Of a stretch of DNA of 64,000 nt, positions 33,532 to 43,164 are shown one piece after another; positions within the stretch are counted from its first letter, which is position 1, and each line of letters starts with the position of its first letter. Below the pieces are notes generated by a model. It was not told the origin of the DNA, ran no database searches, and saw only the letters and a program-made list of their open reading frames with translations. Both the position numbers and the translations under genes were made by a program. Origin of the DNA: an uncultured Chloroflexia bacterium (GTDB lineage: Bacteria; Chloroflexota; Limnocylindria; Limnocylindrales; CSP1-4); assembly GCA_963768655.1 (NCBI GenBank), contig CAVYIM010000009.1:64001-128000 (forward strand), written 5' to 3'.

Positions 33532-35478
33532 GTGAGGAAGCCGACAGGCTCGCAAGGGGAGCTGACGTCGACTGGACCCAGGGTGCGTGGGCGCAACTCC
33601 AAGGCGGCACTTCTTCTGGCCCTGGCTTTAGGCCTGATCGGCTGTCTGGCACTGGGAATGGCCGGGCCCGCGACGGCTGCGGCGCCGACTCCGACAGCCA
33701 GGCCGACGGAGACCGCCCGGCCGACTCCGACAGCCAGGCCGACGAAGACCGCCCGGCCGACTCCGACAGCCAAGCCGCTGCCGACCTTCGTCGCGGGCCG
33801 CCACGTGTTCGACAACGGCAAGCTGTTCAGCACTCAGTTAGGGAACGCGGCCGGCACGCTGGCCGCTCAGATCGAGAAAGCGGGCGGCGGCCGAGTGATC
33901 ATCTACACCGCGGCCAGCCCTTCGGATCTGCCGAACCCTGATGCCCTGGCCGAAGCCGACCACATCGACGGCATGCTGCTGACCGCCTCGGGCACGGGCG
34001 GGACGCTGACCCTCGGCGCCACGCTCAAAGGCAAGCTCACCTCAGCGCAGATACAGATCCTCGAGGCGCCGATCGGATCGCAGACCGTCCCGAGCTGGAT
34101 GATGAGCACCCTGGCTCGCGCCGGCGCCTTCCTGAGCGGGGCGCACGTCTTCGACGGCGCAGGGGCTCTGACCGCGGCCGGCCACAGGAAGGCCGAGGCG
34201 GCGGCCAAGACCCTCTCGACCCAGCTCAACGCGCCGGTCTACATCGACATCGCGCTCGGTGGAACCAATTCCTCCTCCACGGCCGCCTTCAACGGCGCGT
34301 CGCTTTCGGGCGGCCTGGGCAACGCTCTGGTGATCGCGCTGGCAGTCTCCGGCAACGAGATAGCGGGCTCCATCGACTCGGCTGGCAGCCTGTTCGATAC
34401 GTACCTGACGAGTGCACCATGGACCACCGACACGCTGCCGAACCAGAGCGCGGCCAACGGGGACGTCGAGACCACGCTCCTGGCGGCGATCGGGGCCGTC
34501 CGGCCGCTGCCGACCTTCGTCGCGGGCCGCCACGTGTTCGACAACGGCAAGCTGTTCAGCACTCAGTTAGGGAACGCGGCCGGCACGCTGGCCGCTCAGA
34601 TCGAGAAAGCGGGCGGCGGCCGAGTGATCATCTACACCGCGGCCAGCCCTTCGGATCTGCCGAACCCTGATGCCCTGGCCGAAGCCGACCACATCGACGG
34701 CATGCTGCTGACCGCCTCGGGCACGGGCGGGACGCTGACCCTCGGCGCCACGCTCAAAGGCAAGCTCACCTCAGCGCAGATACAGATCCTCGAGGCGCCG
34801 ATCGGATCGCAGACCGTCCCGAGCTGGATGATGAGCACCCTGGCTCGCGCCGGCGCCTTCCTGAGCGGGGCGCACGTCTTCGACGGCGCAGGGGCTCTGA
34901 CCGCGGCCGGCCACAGGAAGGCCGAGGCGGCGGCCAAGACCCTCTCGACCCAGCTCAACGCGCCGGTCTACATCGACATCGCGCTCGGTGGAACCGATTC
35001 CTCCTCCACGGCCGCCTTCAACGGCGCGTCGCTTTCGGGCGGCCTGGGCAACGCTCTGGTGATCGCGCTGGCAGTCTCCGGCAACGAGATAGCGGGCTCC
35101 ATCGACTCGGCTGGCAGCCTGTTCGATACGTACCTGACGAGTGCACCATGGACCACCGACACGCTGCCGAACCAGAGCGCGGCCAACGGGGACGTCGAGA
35201 CCACGCTCCTGGCGGCGATCGGGGCCGTCGAGGTCAATACGAGCTACACCAGCGGCCCGACTCTCAAGCAGATACTGCCCTGGCTGATCTTCGTCGTCGT
35301 GGTGCTCCTCCTCTCGATCACCGCCCCGTTTCTTTGGGGCCCGTGGCTGGTCGGCAGGCTAAGAGGCACAACGGGGCCGATCGCGGCAGACGTGTCCGGC
35401 GACGCGGTCAGCCCGGTCATCGCCGACGCGGGACCGCCCGCGGCAACGCCTGACGGCGGACCCGAAGCGCCCAAGTAA
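33532..35478 (+). CDS. Secreted, C-terminally membrane-anchored protein with two 243-aa repeats (each with two TPM-like subdomains)
   Basis: Signal peptide, PTPTARPT linker, HVFDNGKLFS and HVFDGAGALT units, C-terminal TM helix. Confidence 0.75.
   Translation: MRKPTGSQGELTSTGPRVRGRNSKAALLLALALGLIGCLALGMAGPATAAAPTPTARPTETARPTPTARPTKTARPTPTAKPLPTFVAGRHVFDNGKLFSTQLGNAAGTLAAQIEKAGGGRVIIYTAASPSDLPNPDALAEADHIDGMLLTASGTGGTLTLGATLKGKLTSAQIQILEAPIGSQTVPSWMMSTLARAGAFLSGAHVFDGAGALTAAGHRKAEAAAKTLSTQLNAPVYIDIALGGTNSSSTAAFNGASLSGGLGNALVIALAVSGNEIAGSIDSAGSLFDTYLTSAPWTTDTLPNQSAANGDVETTLLAAIGAVRPLPTFVAGRHVFDNGKLFSTQLGNAAGTLAAQIEKAGGGRVIIYTAASPSDLPNPDALAEADHIDGMLLTASGTGGTLTLGATLKGKLTSAQIQILEAPIGSQTVPSWMMSTLARAGAFLSGAHVFDGAGALTAAGHRKAEAAAKTLSTQLNAPVYIDIALGGTDSSSTAAFNGASLSGGLGNALVIALAVSGNEIAGSIDSAGSLFDTYLTSAPWTTDTLPNQSAANGDVETTLLAAIGAVEVNTSYTSGPTLKQILPWLIFVVVVLLLSITAPFLWGPWLVGRLRGTTGPIAADVSGDAVSPVIADAGPPAATPDGGPEAPK
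33685..33772. repeat. 36-bp tandem repeat x2.4 encoding a PTPTARPT(E/K)TAR linker
   Basis: Units start at 33685, 33721 and 33757. Confidence 0.9.
33774..35229. repeat. Near-perfect tandem duplication with a 729-bp period (33774-34500 / 34503-35229)
   Basis: The copies look identical except A34267 vs G34996 (Asn/Asp); compared by eye. Confidence 0.92.
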
Positions 35479-35568
35479 CGGTCGGGCCAGACTCGGAAGG
35501 TCCGAAGGCGCCGGCGTGCCGGGCGGAAGTGCGACGCCGCTCCCGGCCGGCGCCTGGTCTGGACGGCT

Positions 35569-36096
35569 CTACCACGGTTCCCGTTCGGGCGATTCGTGGT
35601 CGTCGGGCCGGCCGCCGGGCTCGGACACGAGTCCGCCGCCGGCCGGCCTTCGTTCGGACCTCGATCGGTCGATCGTCCGCAATTCGGCGTTCGAGCCTTC
35701 GGCCTGCTCGGGCGGCCGAGCCGGCTCGGGTCCCTCGACCGCGCCGCCCTCCAGCATCAGCACGCCGTGGTCGTCGACCGCGAACTCCACGACCAGTGCC
35801 CGCATCGGGGTCTGCTCCGTCCATGCGGCGTGGACGACATTCGGGGGCCAGACGACTGCCTCGCCGGCGGCGACACGGGCCCGCTCGTCGCCGACCTGGA
35901 CGAAACCGCCACCCTCGATGACCACGAAGTAGATCAGATGCGGATTGGCGTGTGGCGCCAGCGTCGCATTCGGCCGAAAGGCGAGCTCCGCGATCGAACC
36001 CGTCGCGTCGGAGTGGATCGATTGCCCGTCCACGCCGTGCGTTCCTGCGGGCCCTTCATGACGCCGGTGTCCGATGCCAAACCGGCGGATTTCCAC
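35569..36096 (-). CDS. Cupin domain protein
   Basis: LAPHANPHLIYFVVIEGGG..VAAGEAVVWPPNVVHAAW. Confidence 0.85.
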   Translation of the reverse strand: MEIRRFGIGHRRHEGPAGTHGVDGQSIHSDATGSIAELAFRPNATLAPHANPHLIYFVVIEGGGFVQVGDERARVAAGEAVVWPPNVVHAAWTEQTPMRALVVEFAVDDHGVLMLEGGAVEGPEPARPPEQAEGSNAELRTIDRSRSERRPAGGGLVSEPGGRPDDHESPEREPW

Positions 36097-36155
36097 GGTC
36101 TGTCAGGGCCGCCTCGCCGGGGCCGCGCTCGGACGCACGCGATCCGGCCGGGGCA

Positions 36156-36587
36156 CTAGCGGCGCCGGCGCTTGGACCCGGAGACGGGCCGCTTGCGGAT
36201 CGTGGCTTCCGGGTGCGCGGTCTTGGATCGCTGGAAGTAGCGCTGGCGAGCGAGCCGCTCCTCGTACGCCTGGATGAGTGGCGGGAAATGGATGAAGCGG
36301 ATCCAGACGAAGAGGATCGCGCCGCCGACCATCGTGGGCAGGACGAAGATGAAGTCGAAGTTGAAGATCGCGTACATGAGCAGCAGGCAGAACGTCCCGA
36401 TCGAAGTCCAGAGCAGCCATTCGTTCAGGTCCAGGAAGACGGCGTAGTTGCGCAGCCTTCGACCCTGGAAGTTGTAGAAGAAGATCGAGACGGCGAGCAT
36501 GGTCAGCGCAAACATCCACGTGATCGTGAAGATCGGCGCGAAGTTGCTGGGGTCGAACGCGATGAAGAGGTATTGCCACGGCGCCAT
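36156..36587 (-). CDS. Hypothetical membrane protein (about 3 TM, basic tail)
   Basis: Hydrophobic helices, GGAGG RBS, strongly GC-biased third codon positions. Confidence 0.75.
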   Translation of the reverse strand: MAPWQYLFIAFDPSNFAPIFTITWMFALTMLAVSIFFYNFQGRRLRNYAVFLDLNEWLLWTSIGTFCLLLMYAIFNFDFIFVLPTMVGGAILFVWIRFIHFPPLIQAYEERLARQRYFQRSKTAHPEATIRKRPVSGSKRRRR

Positions 36588-36873
36588 GTTCGCGCGGACC
36601 TCCGGGCGTGATCAGTCGATGTGGTCGTGCGACCTGGATGTTCGCCGACCTGCCAGGGCCGGCTTCGAGCGGCGGTGCCGAGACAGGGCCCGGCTGCCGA
36701 CGCCGGCGACCGGGCGCCTGCGATCTCTGCGTCCGCTGAGTATGCCATGACGCGGCGTGTCTGACGTGGCCCCGCGCCGCGGGCGTCTACCGACAGGTCA
36801 CGGGCCGCGATGCGCGAACGCCAGAGTCGTTGGCGACGGGGCCGGCGCTATACTCGGCCCAATCCGGCAACCC

Positions 36874-36956
36874 GGGGCCACCATGCTGCCCGGCGCGCGG
36901 CTCACAGCTTGCCCGAGCGCCTCCGAAAGCAGGGAGGCACCGCGCCCGGGAGCCCC
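36874..36956 (+). promoter_or_regulatory. Candidate structured 5' leader (three-way junction) of purH, downstream of a TATACT -10 box at 36849-36854
   Basis: Nested complementary segments found by eye; see findings. Confidence 0.4.
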
Positions 36957-36985
36957 GAATGGCCGGCAGTTGGGAGGTAGGCCTG

Positions 36986-38533
36986 GTGCGAGCCCTGCTC
37001 TCGGTGGCCAACCGCGAGGGCATCGGCCCGTTCGCCCGGGACCTCCTTTCGTTCGGTGTCGAGGTCTACGCCACTGAAGGGACACGCGAGTTCCTCGCCA
37101 ATGAGGGCGTTGCGGTGCGTTCGGTCTCCGAGCTGACCGGCGCGGAGCCGATCGCCGGCGGCCAGGTCAAGACGCTCCACCCGGCGATCTACGCCGGCAT
37201 CCTCGCCCGCCGCGACCAGCCCGCGCAACTCGCCGAGCTCGAAGCCCAGGGAATCGGTCTGATCGATCTGGTGGCCGTCAACGTCAGCCACTTCGCCCCG
37301 CAGGTCGGCACCCGCCTCGTCCCCATCGATGAAGCCATCGAGATGATCGACGTAGGCGGCGCGGCGCTCCTGGCCGCGGCGGCGCGCAACTACGCCGGCG
37401 TGGCGGCGGTCGCGAACCCGGCCCGCTACTCCGCAGTGGTCGGTGAAATCCGGCAGCGCGGCGCCGTCTCGGCCGAGCTGCGCCAAAATCTTGCCGCCGA
37501 GGCATACGGACTGGTCGCCGCGTACCACGCCGAGGTCGCGGCATACCTGTCCAACGTGTGCGGACAGACCTTCCCGAACCGGCTGGCGATGGTCCTCGAA
37601 AAGGTCGACGACCTGCGCTACGGCGAGAACCCCACCCAAACGGCGGCGTTCTACCGCGAGACCACGCATCGCGCCGGCACACTCGCCGACGCCGCTCAGA
37701 TCCAGGGTTCGCGGCCCTCCTTCAACGACCTGCTGGACCTGGACGCGGCCTACGCGTTCGCGATGGATTTCACCTCGCCGACGGCGGTCATCGTCAAGCA
37801 CACCGACCCGGTCGGCCTGGCCTCCGCGGACGAGCTGGTCGAGGCGTACCGCAACGCTCTCGAGACCGACTCGGTGTCGTGCTTCGGGGGGATCGTCGGG
37901 GTCAACCGGGACCTGGACGGCGCCACGGCGCGTGAGATCGCCGCCAACTCGTACGAGGCGGTCGTTGCTCCGTCGTTCAGCCAGGCCGCGGTCGGCATCC
38001 TCGCCCAGAAGCCGCAACTCCGGCTCCTCGCCGTGCCGGCGAGCCCCAGCGACGGCCCGCGCGACTACGGCATCGCCAACCTGGACTTCAAGCGCATCGC
38101 CGGTGGGCTGCTCGTGGAGGCGAAGGACGAGCTCGGGCTCGACAAGACGCAGCTCCACGTCGTGACGAAGCGAAGGCCCACGCTCGAAGAGCTGACCGAC
38201 CTGCTGTTCGCCTGGCGGACCGTCCGCCACGTCCGGTCGAACGCGATCGTGCTGGCGCGCAACGCCTCGACGGTTGGCATCGGGGCGGCCCAGGCGAGCC
38301 GCCAGACGGCCGTCGAGATCGCCCTGCGGCGAGCCGGCGATCGGGCCAGGATGTCGGTCATGGCCAGCGACGCCTACTTCCCGTTCCCCGACGGGATCCA
38401 GTTCGCGGCCCAGGCCGGTGTCACGGCGATCATCCAGCCCGGCGGCTCGATCCGAGACGACATGGCCATCGAGGTCGCCGACCGCCACCACATGGCGATG
38501 GTCTTCACGGGGCGGCGCCACTTCCGCCACTGA
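36986..38533 (+). CDS. purH: Bifunctional AICAR transformylase / IMP cyclohydrolase
   Basis: RALLSVAN, VKTLHPAIYAGIL, IDVGG, LRYGENP, MASDAYFPFPD, IIQPGGSIRD, TGRRHFRH; GTG start after GGGAGG. Confidence 0.97.
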   Translation: MRALLSVANREGIGPFARDLLSFGVEVYATEGTREFLANEGVAVRSVSELTGAEPIAGGQVKTLHPAIYAGILARRDQPAQLAELEAQGIGLIDLVAVNVSHFAPQVGTRLVPIDEAIEMIDVGGAALLAAAARNYAGVAAVANPARYSAVVGEIRQRGAVSAELRQNLAAEAYGLVAAYHAEVAAYLSNVCGQTFPNRLAMVLEKVDDLRYGENPTQTAAFYRETTHRAGTLADAAQIQGSRPSFNDLLDLDAAYAFAMDFTSPTAVIVKHTDPVGLASADELVEAYRNALETDSVSCFGGIVGVNRDLDGATAREIAANSYEAVVAPSFSQAAVGILAQKPQLRLLAVPASPSDGPRDYGIANLDFKRIAGGLLVEAKDELGLDKTQLHVVTKRRPTLEELTDLLFAWRTVRHVRSNAIVLARNASTVGIGAAQASRQTAVEIALRRAGDRARMSVMASDAYFPFPDGIQFAAQAGVTAIIQPGGSIRDDMAIEVADRHHMAMVFTGRRHFRH

Positions 38534-38711
38534 GCGGGCGCGGGGCCGGGGCGGAGTGTCGGCCTCCACCGCGTCGGCGTCGTGCTTCTTCTCGAGATCG
38601 AGTGATCCGGCAGGCCCGGTCATCCGAATCAGAGGGTGACAGCCGATCGGAACCTGACGGGCCGATCGGTCGGTCGGAGGAAGGGAAGCCCGGTCTTCCG
38701 GGCGGAGGGGA

Positions 38712-38769
38712 CGAAACGGGCGACAGGTCGGTGCCCAGACAGCCGACGAGGGCCCTGTCGCCCGTTTCG
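38712..38769. repeat. Perfect 16-bp inverted repeat (CGAAACGGGCGACAGG / CCTGTCGCCCGTTTCG) with a 26-nt spacer
   Basis: Arms at 38712-38727 and 38754-38769. Confidence 0.85.
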
Positions 38770-38861
38770 CATACCTGGGGCATCCACGGACTTCGGCGGC
38801 TGGTACGCTTCGGGCAAGGAGCCCCGGGCCCCGAGGCTCGATCGGCCGGGGAGGGTGCGAA

Positions 38862-39668
38862 ATGGGACGGCTCATCGCCAGGCTCGCAGCCGTGACGTTG
38901 CTGCTGGGCCTCCTGCCGCTGACCGCGGGCGCGTGCGACATCGGCTGCGCCTGCGCGTTGCCACCAACTCGCCCGCCCGGCTGGACGCCGCCCCCGGTCT
39001 CGGAACAGGATGCCGCGACCGCGACCGCCGAATTCGCGGCCGGGCCGACCGGGACGCAGCCGGGCGGGCTTGTGGCCGAACTGACCTACTCGAGCGATGG
39101 CCATCCCGTCTACACGGTGGTGAGTCCGACCGTCGACGCCGTCGTTGAGGCGCAAACGGGCCTGGTGGTTGAGTTCGTGCTGGTGGACGCGCTGCCGGAT
39201 TCGAGCGTGGCCGCAGTCTCCAGCGCCGCAGCGCAGGCTCGAGCAACGTCGTTCCTGAGCGATCGCTCGAGAGACACAGGCATCCTCGTCGCCACGGATA
39301 CGCTCCAAAGCGGAGCCACTTCCGCATATGTAGTGACGTGGGCCGACAAGAGCGGAGGCGCCGGGCAGATATCGGTCTCGGTCAACCCGTCGACGGGCAC
39401 GCCGTTCGCCTTCGTCGACCAGCGGTTCGGAGTTCAGTTCGTTCCGCCGTCCATCGGCGCGGCCGCGGCCGGGCGGCTGGCCCTTGCCGCGGCCTCGACC
39501 GCGGGCGACGTCGTCCTGTCGACGGACTTCCAGTTCGGGTTCGACAGTGCCAGCTGGTCGGTGACCCTGGGCCCGCCGGGCGCCGGTGCGAGCGCCACGC
39601 CGGATCACGGCGCCGTCGTCGATGTCGATGCCGTCACAGGCTCGGTGGCCGTCGCCAAGAGCTGGTAG
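38862..39668 (+). CDS. Secreted protein or lipoprotein with three PepSY-like units
   Basis: Signal peptide ending TAGAC; repeated VSxxxAxxxA...V(D/E/N)xxTG pattern. Confidence 0.65.
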   Translation: MGRLIARLAAVTLLLGLLPLTAGACDIGCACALPPTRPPGWTPPPVSEQDAATATAEFAAGPTGTQPGGLVAELTYSSDGHPVYTVVSPTVDAVVEAQTGLVVEFVLVDALPDSSVAAVSSAAAQARATSFLSDRSRDTGILVATDTLQSGATSAYVVTWADKSGGAGQISVSVNPSTGTPFAFVDQRFGVQFVPPSIGAAAAGRLALAAASTAGDVVLSTDFQFGFDSASWSVTLGPPGAGASATPDHGAVVDVDAVTGSVAVAKSW

Positions 39669-39954
39669 CGGCCCGCTCGCGCGGGCGAGCGCGCGGCGGA
39701 TCCCGGTCCTGCGCCACGCTCGCGGGCGCCCGCGGCGGACAGAAGTTTCCGGATTCCCACCACGCCGACATCCGGCAAGCCGTGACGCCGGAGATCCGGC
39801 CCGGGCGGCCGCGCGAGGCGCCGGTCACGCTCAAGCGGCGTCCTCGTCGGCTGCCATCCCGGGTTCGTGGACCGTCCGGGCGGCCGGATCCGTGCCGGAC
39901 GACTTCGTCATGTGAATCTGGAAAGAACGCCGGCTGGCCCGCGATCCGGGGGCG

Positions 39955-40665
39955 CTACGCCGGGTCGACCCAGGCGCCCGCGGCCGGGTCCCAGCGCGCC
40001 ACGGGACGCACAGCCGCGACGCCCTCGATTGATTCGCGGCGGGCGCGGGCCTGTTCGACCAATTCGGTCCAGCCGGGCGGGACCAGGTCCGGGGCGAGGT
40101 CCGACAGTGGCGCCAGCACGAAGAGGCGGCGGCCGGCTTCCGGGTGCGGGATCTCCAGCAGGCGCGTGGCCTTGGCCGGATCCGGCGAGCGGCCTTCCTC
40201 CGGCCGCTCCACCAGCACTCGCTCCTCGCCAAAGAGCAACAGATCCAGGTCCAGCTCGCGCGGGCCGTACCGATATCGATCCTGACGCCCGAAGGCGCGC
40301 TCGATCGACTTGAGGGCAAGCAGCAGGGCGATTGGGCCGGTCGGCTCGGGCCGAGGAGCCTCGGACCCGGCCGCCTCCCCCTCCGCCGCCGCGCCGCCAG
40401 TCCCCGCGCCGCCGGCTCTGGCGCGGCTGCTTCCCACGCGGCCGGGTCCTCCGCCGCCCCGGCCGGCCGGCACGTCGAGCGCGATGACCGCGTTGTGGAA
40501 CTCGGGCTGGTCGACGACCTCCACCGGTGCCGTCACGTACAGGCGCGAGACGCCGGCCAAGTAGACGCCGGGCATTGCCGCCAGGGCGTGGACGGCGGCC
40601 GTGAGCGTCGCTCGGGCATCGCCGACGTTGGCCCCGAGCCCGATGTACGCCCGAACCGCTGGCAT
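39955..40665 (-). CDS. folK: 2-amino-4-hydroxy-6-hydroxymethyldihydropteridine diphosphokinase
   Basis: AYIGLGANVGD, SRLYVTAP, DQPEFHNAV, GPRELDLDLL, IPHP..RLFVLAPL; contains a Gly/Ala-rich insertion. Confidence 0.95.
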   Translation of the reverse strand: MPAVRAYIGLGANVGDARATLTAAVHALAAMPGVYLAGVSRLYVTAPVEVVDQPEFHNAVIALDVPAGRGGGGPGRVGSSRARAGGAGTGGAAAEGEAAGSEAPRPEPTGPIALLLALKSIERAFGRQDRYRYGPRELDLDLLLFGEERVLVERPEEGRSPDPAKATRLLEIPHPEAGRRLFVLAPLSDLAPDLVPPGWTELVEQARARRESIEGVAAVRPVARWDPAAGAWVDPA

Positions 40666-40759
40666 GGTCAGCCTCCGTTCCGTCGGCGGCACACGCGTCT
40701 CGCGCCGCCGCGCCGCCGCGCCACATAGCGCCGCGTAACGCCGCGGCTAGACTCCGCTG

Positions 40760-41911
40760 GTGCGCCCCGTTGTCGTGCTCATTTTCCACGCCGCGGCCCC
40801 GGACGGGGCCGGGCCGCTGGTGAGCGCGCTGGCCGAGTCGCGCCACTCTCTGGCGGAGCGCCAGAAGCTTGCCTTCCTCGCGGCCGGCGCCGACGAGGCG
40901 GAGCTCGTGACGGGGCCGCCCGACGGGTTGTCGTTTGGCGAGCGGCTCGGGGCGGCGATGCGGGCCCGGACGGGCGGCCGCGGTGGGGCGGCAGGGGGCG
41001 GCCCGGCGGAGCGCCCCAAGGGCGGCGCCATCGTCCTCGGTTCGGGCAGTATCCCGCTCGCGCGGGCGGCCGATCTGCGACGCTTCGTGGAGGTCGCCGC
41101 GGGGCCGGCCGGGCACGCCCTGGCGAACAACCGCTATTCCGCCGATGTTGTCGCGGTTTCGCGGGCGGCGGATCTGGCCGATCTGCCGCCACTCCCCGTC
41201 GACAACGCCCTTCCCCGGTGGCTGGAGGAACGGGCCGGAGTGGCCGTCTCGGATCTCCGGTCACGCTGGCGGCTGGGCGTCGACATCGACACGCCGCTCG
41301 ATCTGATCGTGCTCGGCGAGCGTGCGGCCGTCGGCCGCGCCGCCCGCGACGGCGACCGCCACGGAACGGAGCCGCTCATTGGCGAGCGGCTGGCAGCACT
41401 CTCCGAAGTTCTGGCGAATCGCCGCGCCGAGCTGCTGGTCGCCGGCCGCGTCTCCTCGGCCACTCTCCGCTGGCTGGAGAGCGGCGTCGCCTGCCGCGTC
41501 CGAGCCCTCGTCGAGGAGCGCGGTCTCCGCGCCTCGAGCCGCCTTGCCCAATCGGGCGTCACCACCGGCTCTCGACCCCCTCGCTCCGTACTCGGGGAGC
41601 TGCTCGACCGTGACGGCCCCGAAGCCCTGACCGCCCTCGTCGCCCGCCTCGCAGACGCGGCGCTGATCGACACGCGCGTCCTGCTCGCCCACCACCACGG
41701 CGTCGACGAGGGGGCGTCCTGGCCGCCGGCCGAGGATCGCTTCGCGTCTGACCTGCTGCTGCCGGCGTCGATCTCCGATCCGTGGCTTCGGGCCCTCACG
41801 GGATCGGCCGCCACCTCACCGCCCGACCACCCGATCCTGCTCGGCGGCCACACCCTGGTGAACGGCGGACTCCGCCTGCTCGCGCAGCGGGCTCGTGCGG
41901 GGGCTCGATGA
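40760..41911 (+). CDS. Hypothetical protein, CofC/NTP-transferase-like fold
   Basis: FGERL, GSGSIPL, NNRYSAD, DIDTPLDL motif; stop overlaps the next ATG. Confidence 0.6.
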   Translation: MRPVVVLIFHAAAPDGAGPLVSALAESRHSLAERQKLAFLAAGADEAELVTGPPDGLSFGERLGAAMRARTGGRGGAAGGGPAERPKGGAIVLGSGSIPLARAADLRRFVEVAAGPAGHALANNRYSADVVAVSRAADLADLPPLPVDNALPRWLEERAGVAVSDLRSRWRLGVDIDTPLDLIVLGERAAVGRAARDGDRHGTEPLIGERLAALSEVLANRRAELLVAGRVSSATLRWLESGVACRVRALVEERGLRASSRLAQSGVTTGSRPPRSVLGELLDRDGPEALTALVARLADAALIDTRVLLAHHHGVDEGASWPPAEDRFASDLLLPASISDPWLRALTGSAATSPPDHPILLGGHTLVNGGLRLLAQRARAGAR

Positions 41912-43164
41912 CGCCCGCTCATCGGCCTCCGTCGACCGGGGGCTCCTCACCGGGCGAACCACCGTCTCCGCCCAATTCTTCCTCCGACCGTTCCGCCCGT
42001 CTTTCCGCCCTGATCCGGTCCGAGATCGAATCGTCTGCCGACGGCCGGATCACTTTCGCCCAATTCATGGAGTTCGCCCTGTACGAGCAGGACCTCGGCT
42101 ACTACCGCCAGCCCGCCGACCGCCCCACCGACGCCGGCGACTTTCTGACCGCGCCGGAGACGCACCCGATCTTCGGCTGGACCTTCGCCCGCCGGATCGA
42201 GCAGATGTGGGCCGAGCTGGGTCGACCGCGCCCGTTCGACCTGATCGAATACGGAGCGGGGTCGGGCACCTTCGGGCTCTCGATTCTCGAGGGCTTCCGC
42301 CGCCACGACTCGATCGACTCGACAGACCTGCTGGCCGCCATTCGATACGAGCCGATCGAGTCGAATCCCAACCGCCTGGGCGACCTCCACGAGAGGTTCG
42401 AAAAGACCGGCCTTGCCGGGCTGCTGGCAATCTCGAGCTCCTGGCCGCCGCCCTCCGGGCCGGCCGCCTCGAACGAGGGCGTGCCCGTCACCGGCGTCAT
42501 CCTTGCCAACGAGTTCCTCGACGCGCTGCCGGTCCACCGGTTCGTCGTCCGGGGCGGACAACTGCTCGAGCTCTTCGTCACGTGGCGGGCGGGCTTCGTC
42601 GAAGTACCGGCCGAGCCATCCACGCCCGAGCTCGCCGCCCGTCTCGCCGCCGTCGGGATCGTGCCCGACCAGCTCGCCGAGGGTCAGGTCGGCGAAGTGT
42701 GCCTCGGCCTCGCCCCGTGGCTCGACGCCGTCGCGGCCCGCCTGGCCCGCGGGTTCGTGGTCGCCATCGACTACGGTTTCGAAGCCGCCGAGCTCTACGG
42801 CCCTCGCCATCTCGCCGGAACGCTGCTCGGTTATCGCGGCCACCGAGTGCAGGAGGATCCGTTCGCCGCCGTCGGGCTGACCGACCTGACCGCCCACGTC
42901 GACTTCACCGCTCTGGCGGTCCTCGGGGAGTGGCGCGGTCTCCGTTCCGTGGCTCTGACCACCCAGTCCGAGTTCCTCGTCGCCGCGGGGCTGGAGTCGG
43001 AGCTGCAAGCGCTCCAGGCCTCGCCCGCAACCACCATTGCCGATTACCTGCGCGCCCGCTCCGGCATCGTGCGCATGCTCGATCCCCGCCACATGGGCCG
43101 CTTCCGAGTGCTCACACTGGCCCGTGACGATGCTGTAGGTCCACCCGGAGGTCAGCCCGGCTGA
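41908..43164 (+). CDS. SAM-dependent methyltransferase, MidA/NDUFAF7 family
   Basis: ITFAQFMEFALY..GYY, GDFLTAPE, IEYGAGSG, ANEFLDALP, IDYG, DLTAHVDF, MGRFRVL. Confidence 0.92.
   Translation: MTPAHRPPSTGGSSPGEPPSPPNSSSDRSARLSALIRSEIESSADGRITFAQFMEFALYEQDLGYYRQPADRPTDAGDFLTAPETHPIFGWTFARRIEQMWAELGRPRPFDLIEYGAGSGTFGLSILEGFRRHDSIDSTDLLAAIRYEPIESNPNRLGDLHERFEKTGLAGLLAISSSWPPPSGPAASNEGVPVTGVILANEFLDALPVHRFVVRGGQLLELFVTWRAGFVEVPAEPSTPELAARLAAVGIVPDQLAEGQVGEVCLGLAPWLDAVAARLARGFVVAIDYGFEAAELYGPRHLAGTLLGYRGHRVQEDPFAAVGLTDLTAHVDFTALAVLGEWRGLRSVALTTQSEFLVAAGLESELQALQASPATTIADYLRARSGIVRMLDPRHMGRFRVLTLARDDAVGPPGGQPG

Noticed and set aside
36600-36985. Canonical ZTP (pfl) or purine riboswitch upstream of purH
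   Set aside because: The GACTGGCG...GCCTGGGC and TATAAT...TTTCTACC signatures are absent; kept only as an unclassified structured-leader candidate.
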